DNA of 64,000 nucleotides, taken from NCBI GenBank assembly GCA_030390025.1, contig CM059432.1, positions 45,696,001-45,760,000 on the forward strand. Reading direction: 5' to 3'. This stretch comes from Squalus acanthias. Its lineage: Eukaryota. Below are positions 58,168-64,000 of this stretch, one piece after another; position 1 is the stretch's first letter, and every line of letters starts with the position of its first letter. Under the pieces are notes generated by a model that was not told the origin of the DNA, did not search any database, and was given only the letters and a program-made list of their open reading frames with translations. Position numbers and translations under genes: made by a program.

Positions 58168-61028
58168 TCATAGAGTCATAACGACACAGAAGGAGGCCAT
58201 TCGGCCCATCGAGTCCATGCCGGCTCTCTGTAGAGCAATCCAGTCAGTCCCATTCCCCCGCTCTATCCCTGTAGCCCTGCAAGTTTATTTCCCTCAAGTG
58301 CCTATCCAGTCTCCCCTTGAAAACATTGAGTGTCTCCGCTTCCACCACTTCCGTCGGCAGCGAATTCCAGGTCATCACCACACGCTGCGTAAAAAAGTTT
58401 TTCCTCACGTCGCCCCTGTATCTCTTGCCCAAAACCTTAAATCTTTGTCCCTTAGTCCTTGTACCATCAACTAGTGGGAACAGCCTTTCCCCGTCGAGCC
58501 TATCCAAACCCGTCATAATCTTGTACACCTCTATCAAATCACCCCTCAACCTCCTTTGCTCTAATGAAAACAAATCCAGCTTCTCCAACCTGTCTTTGTA
58601 GCCAAGATCCCCCATCCCTGGAACCATTCTGGTAAATCTCCTCTGCACCCTCTCAAGGGCCTTCACATCCTTCCTAAAGTGTGGTGACCAGAACTGGACG
58701 CAATACTCCAGTTGTGGCCTAACCAGCGCTTTATAAAGGTTCAGCATAACTTCTCTAATTTTGTACTCAATACCTCTATTTATGAAGCCCAAGATCCCAT
58801 ATGCTTTGTTAACCACTCTCTCAATATGTCCCGCCACCTTCAGGGACCTATGCACATTAACTCCCAGGTCCCTCTGTCCCTGCACACTCTTTAAAACTGT
58901 GCCATTAAGTGTATATTGCCTCTCCCTGTTCCTTCTGCCAAAATACATCACCTCACACTTCTCAGTATTAAATTCCATCTGCCACTTGTCTGCCCATTCT
59001 GCTAGCCTTTCTATGTCATGCTGCAGTCGATTGGTATCATCCTCACTGTTTGCCACATCCCCAAGTTTGGTGTCATCGGCAAATTTAGAAATTCTACTCC
59101 GTATTCCAATATCCAAGTTATTTATATATATCAAAAAAAACAGTGGCCCCAGCACTGACCCTTGGGAAACACCACTGTCTACCATCCTCCAGTCTGAAAA
59201 ACAGCCATTTACCACAACTTGCTGTTTTCTGTTCTTAAGCCAATTCCTTATCCAAGTTGCCACTGACCCACCTATTCCATGAGCCTCAATTTTGTTAACC
59301 AGCCTTCTATGTGGTACTTTGTCAAACACCTTCCGAAAATCCATGTAGACAACATCCATTGCATTCCCTTCATCAATCCTCCCTGTTACTTCATCAAAAA
59401 ATTAAATTAGATTAGTCAAACACGATCTGCCTTTTACAAATCCATGTTGGATCTCCTTAATTAGCTTAAACCTCTCCAAGTGCCTGTTAATAATCAAGGA
59501 AAAAATTGTTTCTAAAACTTTACCCACCACTGACCGGCCTATAGTTACTAGGATTGTCCTTTCTTGAACAATGGTGTCACATTTGCCACTTTCCAATCCT
59601 CAGGCACCTCCCCCGCATCTAAGGAAGATTGGAAAATTATGGCAAGCCCTTCCGCTATCTCCTCCCCCAATTCCCTTAGCAACCTGGGATGCAAGCCATC
59701 TGGACCAGGCGACTTGTCCACTCTAAGCATACCCAGTCTTTCTAGTACATCCTGTCTATCAATTTTCACCCCTTCCATTGCTTCTACTTTTTCCACTTCT
59801 ACCGATATTTTGTCAGCATCCACCTCCTTAGTAAACACCGATACAAAGTACGCATTGAGTATTCTAGCCTTGCCCTGCGCCTCTAAGCATATATCACCTT
59901 CTTTGTCTCCAATAGGCCCCACCCCACCTCTTACTACCTGCTTACTGTTTACATGCCGGTAGAAGGTTTTTAAGTTCCCTTTTATGTTAACCGCCATTCT
60001 CCTCTCATATTCTCTCTTTGCCAATCTTATTTTCATCTTCACATCCCCTCTCAACTTACTGTATTTGGTCTGGTTCTCCCTTGAAGAATTCACCTGACAT
60101 GCATCATACACCCTCTTTTTTTGTTTCATCATCTTCTCTATCTCCCTCGTCATCCAAGGAGCCCTTGCTTTGGTTCCCTTACCCTTCCCTCTTGTTGGAA
60201 TGTACCTAGCCTGTACTTGGAACATCTTCTGCTTAAAGATCACCCATTGTTCTGTTACAGTTTTTCCTGTCAGTCTTTGGTTCCATTTTACCCTGGCTAG
60301 ATCCTTTCACATCCCATTGAAGTTAGCCCTATTCCAGTTTAGAAGCTCCACTCTAGATTGTTCCTTGCTCCTCTCCATTGCTAATCTAAATCTTATGATA
60401 CGATGATCACTCGTACCCAAGTGTTCTCCCACAGACACTTGGTCGACCTGGCCCACCTCATGCCCCAGCACCAGATCCAGCAATGCCTCCTTCCTAGTTG
60501 GACCAAGAACATATTGGTCAAGGAAATTCTCCTGAACACATTTCAGAAATTCCTCCCCCTCCTTTTCCTTTACCCTAGCATTATCCTAATCGATATTTAG
60601 GTAATTAAAGTCCCCCAATATCACCACTCTATAGCTCTTGCATATCCCTGCAATTTCCCTGCAGATTTGCTCCTCTAACTCCCTCTCACTATTTGGAGGC
60701 CTATAGAATACCCCCAATAGCGTGATCATACCATTTTTGCTCCTCAACTCTAACCAAATGGATTCTGTCCTTGTCCCCTTAAGAATATCCTTCCTTTCCA
60801 ACACTACAATGCCTTCCTTAATCAGCACTGCCACCCCACCTCCCTTTTTCCTTCCCTATCTTTTCTGAACACCTTGTACCCTTGATTATTAAGTGCCCAG
60901 TCCCCACCGTTTTTAAGCCATGTCTCCGTTATTGCCACAACATTATATTGCCACACGGCTAATTGTGCTTGTAGCTCACCAACCTTATTCACCACACTTT
61001 GTGCGTTTACGTACATGCATTCTAAACC
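58168..61028 (-). mobile_element. CR1 LINE (HER1-type tail), near full-length ORF2 with frameshifts, in RIPK2 intron 1
   Basis: CMYVNAQS, VAITETWL, GVFYRPP, LGDFN endonuclease motifs; PGPDGLHP; KFADDTK; 371-aa RT C-terminal ORF 58244-59359. Confidence 0.93.
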
Positions 61029-61416
61029 CGTTTTTGAATTTTTCATAGTCTTTCTTTAGGTTATTGCTTTCAGAATTGCAGGGGTAAAGGTAAAAAGTAA
61101 TTTAGAGTGATGGATGCAATGAAACCAGCTGTTCAGTGTTAAAACTAAATTCTATATTATTGGATACAAAAATGTTCCAAAAAATGATAATAGCTTCATA
61201 AAGTCTGTTTATAGAGGCCTCTTTTCATGTTCAATACTCGAGTTAAATTGCTGCACAAGTTGTTAGGAAGTTATACATCAATATTCTCCTTCAGCTAAAG
61301 CACTGTATTAGGGCTGGGGGAGAGAGAGAGAAGAAATCAGAGTTCAGCCACAATGTTGATAATAGTCTTTATCTATTTATCAGTTTCAATACTGATGAAA
61401 ATCAATCTGAAACTTT

Positions 61417-63198
61417 GGCCACGATTTCGCCAGCGGAGGCGGGATCATGGTGGGAGAGGTGGTTGGCAGGTTCCGGTCCCGCTCCTGGCTGCAGCTGCTC
61501 TGCAAAAAGGATTTTCCATTCATAGGCCTTGTTAAGCCCACCCTGCAGGGTTGCTGGCCAATTAAAAGGAAGCAAGTCAGATGACGTCATTTGATGATGC
61601 GTCATCAGCCGGTTTCTTTAAAGGGACCATGGCCACATTCATTTTGACATTTGTGCTGTCAGTGTTCTGCAGCATTGAGGTGCTGCAAACACAGACAAGC
61701 ACTGCACAAAGGTGCATGGCTGCAGCCAGGCTCTCCCATGACTTCCTCCATATGATTATGGAGGGAGTCACAGCATGCAGGGAGGTCCTCTTCCTTTCCC
61801 ATGAGCGGAAGACACCTCCCCAGGAGATCAACGCAGCCTGGTTGCACATTGCACAGGAGGGCACAAGCAGGGATGTCGTCAGGAGGACCAGGCTGCACTA
61901 GTGCAAACCTTTCAATGATCTCAGTAGATTACGAAACGTTACTGCCAAGCCACACTCAACCTCATCCTGTTATGCCACTCATCACATCCCCATCACTCTG
62001 CCTTCCCGACCATACTCTTGCACATCTTTACTCACACCAACTTGCCTTGCACTTCCACCCATTCCTCTCTATCTACATTATCACTTCCCCATCTCACTAG
62101 CCACCCCTCACACTCACCCTCATCCTACTGCAAGCATACCAACTAAGAACACACAAGGGTAGGCACTTGGGTGGTTTATCCGATGGTCATGTGAAGTTTC
62201 TGGTAATGTGCGGTCAAATATTGAAATCTTTATTTTGAACACTTTGCATTCTTCGACAGTTTTGTGTGCACCTTTGGAAGTGGCTTAGTGAGTTGCAATG
62301 AATGGTGAGACATAACATCTCCCCCCCCCCCCACAATGGTGATGAGTGTGAAAGGAATGGCTTGGACATTGCAGGGATGCTTTATGGTGCTGGTGTGGGG
62401 TGGTGCCAACCTGCTGCATCATGTGGCAGCCAGGGTGTACAGTGTTAAGTGAAGCAAATCTGGAAATGGTGAGCCCATCACTGGCATCCCGGGCAGCAAT
62501 GTGGTCGGGTGCTGATGCCCTGTGTCCTGTGCAGCTTCTGTTGATTGCGGAGGAAGTTGGCGATGTTGGTGTGCCTGGTGATGTTGGTGTTGGGGCTGAT
62601 TGTGTTGGGATTCTGAGGACCAACGTGAGATTTTTTCCAAGGGCACCGATGTTGCTGGAATAGATGGCAGCTGAAGTTGAGATGACAGAAGCAATCTGTC
62701 AAAGGTGGGAGAGCTTGCTCCAAGGAGGTGACAGTGGATAGAGAGTTTACTCCAAACACTTGCAAACTGCATACAGCTCAAATGTTTCTTCCAAGTCCTG
62801 AAGGCTCAAGCTTCTGACATTGGAAAGTGAACAGCTGTGAAATGGTAGCTTTCATACCACTTTTGCAGCTGTCACCTATTCACAGCAATGGGAAGACATA
62901 GAGAACCCGACCTACTTACCTGATGTGATCTCCGAATGAAGTGAACCCTGTTAAAATGTGGTAAAATAGAAAAAGGCTGACAAAATAGTAGTAAACAAGC
63001 ACTTAACAAACAGTTAAGTATCTTAAATCCTCCCCCGCCGCTTGGTGTCGGGTCTGTTCTGAAATCGCAGACCCGACACTCTGGAAACTTACATGGAGGT
63101 GGGTTCGCAGCGGGTTCCCAACCCGCTGTCAATCACTTCGATTTTGATATCGGACCCGCCTCCAAACCCGCACTCTGAGCGCCGGAAAAATTCTGCCC
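61417..63198 (+). mobile_element. internally deleted Harbinger derivative (TTT TSD) with a decayed Myb exon
   Basis: TTT|GGCCACGATTTCGC ... GAAAAATTCTGCCC|TTT; ARLSHDFLHMIMEGV...AAWLHIAQE...RRT; sister copy of 14012-15726. Confidence 0.85.
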
Positions 63199-63201
63199 TT
63201 T

Positions 63202-63272
63202 AACTCTGTTTCTCTCTCCACAGATGCTGCCTGATCTGCTGAGCGTTTCCAGCATCTTCTGTTTTTATTTCA
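63202..63272 (+). mobile_element. Penelope 3' tail (continues the hammerhead relic at 61392-61416)
   Basis: aactctgtttctctctccacagatgctgcctgatctgctgag...ccagc matches the reverse complement of about 50225-50289. Confidence 0.75.
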
Positions 63273-64000
63273 GTACTGTGCTTCCTTGGTGCTAGTGTAA
63301 GTATGAAGCCCCAGATTGGCAACAGCGCTACTATTCCGAAACCAAAGCAAACTACTCGATGATCATTAAGGTCACTTTTTTATTGCTGATTTACAAACCT
63401 GAGGTTTTTGTGTATATTTCAGGTTCTATTTTTAGTGTTAAGAATCGGGGGAATTGGAAACCCAGAAATCCAGGTAAATTCAGAGAAAATCTGCTTTTAT
63501 TTGGAACATTTGAATGGAGTTGATGGCTCTATCGAAGCAATCCAAAAGAGTTCCAGCAATGGCCCAGATAATTACCCATCAAGCAGACAATACTACCACA
63601 TGCGCCACATTTGAAGGAGAGAATTACAATGAGGTAGTGCAAAAGATTCAGAGGAGGTAACAGATTTTTAATTTATTGTATAATTTTAAAAAACGTTCAA
63701 GGACAGACAGAACTGTGGGCAAGGCACAGATGACATCTTTTAGGCAGAGTTTTTATTTCCTTTCACGTTTTATGTACTTTCGATGCATACACAGTATACG
63801 CTTTTCTCCATCTTTAAAACTTTAAATGGGAATGTGCAGGCAGGAAGGAAATCATAAAAGAATCGGATTGTTTTCTCCACGTTGAAGTTTAAAGACATTT
63901 TGTAGTGCTAAAAGAAAGTCAGATATACCAAGCAAGAAGGTAACGTGCCCAATTTTGGGGCACCTTTCTGACAGATGTCAAGGAGAGGGTGTAGAAGAGA

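Noticed and set aside
63408..63660. Possible plus-strand exon or ORF
   Set aside because: Short, with no recognisable domain and no convincing acceptor or partner exons.
55116..64000. RIPK2 exon 1
   Set aside because: I found no minus-strand segment with a Gly-rich loop and VAVK-type motif; it probably lies beyond the window.

Overview
Eukaryotic (vertebrate) genomic DNA, most likely from a shark or other cartilaginous fish; this is inferred from the repeat content (HER1-type CR1 tails, Deu-domain SacSINE1-like SINEs, Neptune-type Penelope elements). The only host gene I can support is RIPK2 on the minus strand. Coding exons 2-11 run from 55115 down to the stop at 20225, all have GT-AG boundaries, and they join in frame to give 519 codons of kinase domain, linker and CARD. 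Exon 1 was not found and probably lies beyond 64000. The rest is mostly mobile DNA: many CR1/L2-type LINE fragments, several nested; two Penelope insertions with clear 11-12 bp target-site duplications (TSDs) and minimal hammerhead-ribozyme motifs; Harbinger-related and pogo/Tigger-like MITEs; and SINEs. The most notable object is a young-looking, complete 4235-bp PIF/Harbinger transposon (4918-9152) with terminal inverted repeats (TIRs), a TTA TSD, an intact DDE transposase and a convergent 3-exon Myb/SANT gene whose frame depends on one base in a G9/G10 homopolymer. A ~610-bp tail-to-tail CR1 palindrome lies in RIPK2 intron 8. All coordinates were read by eye; family names come from motif recognition, not database searches.
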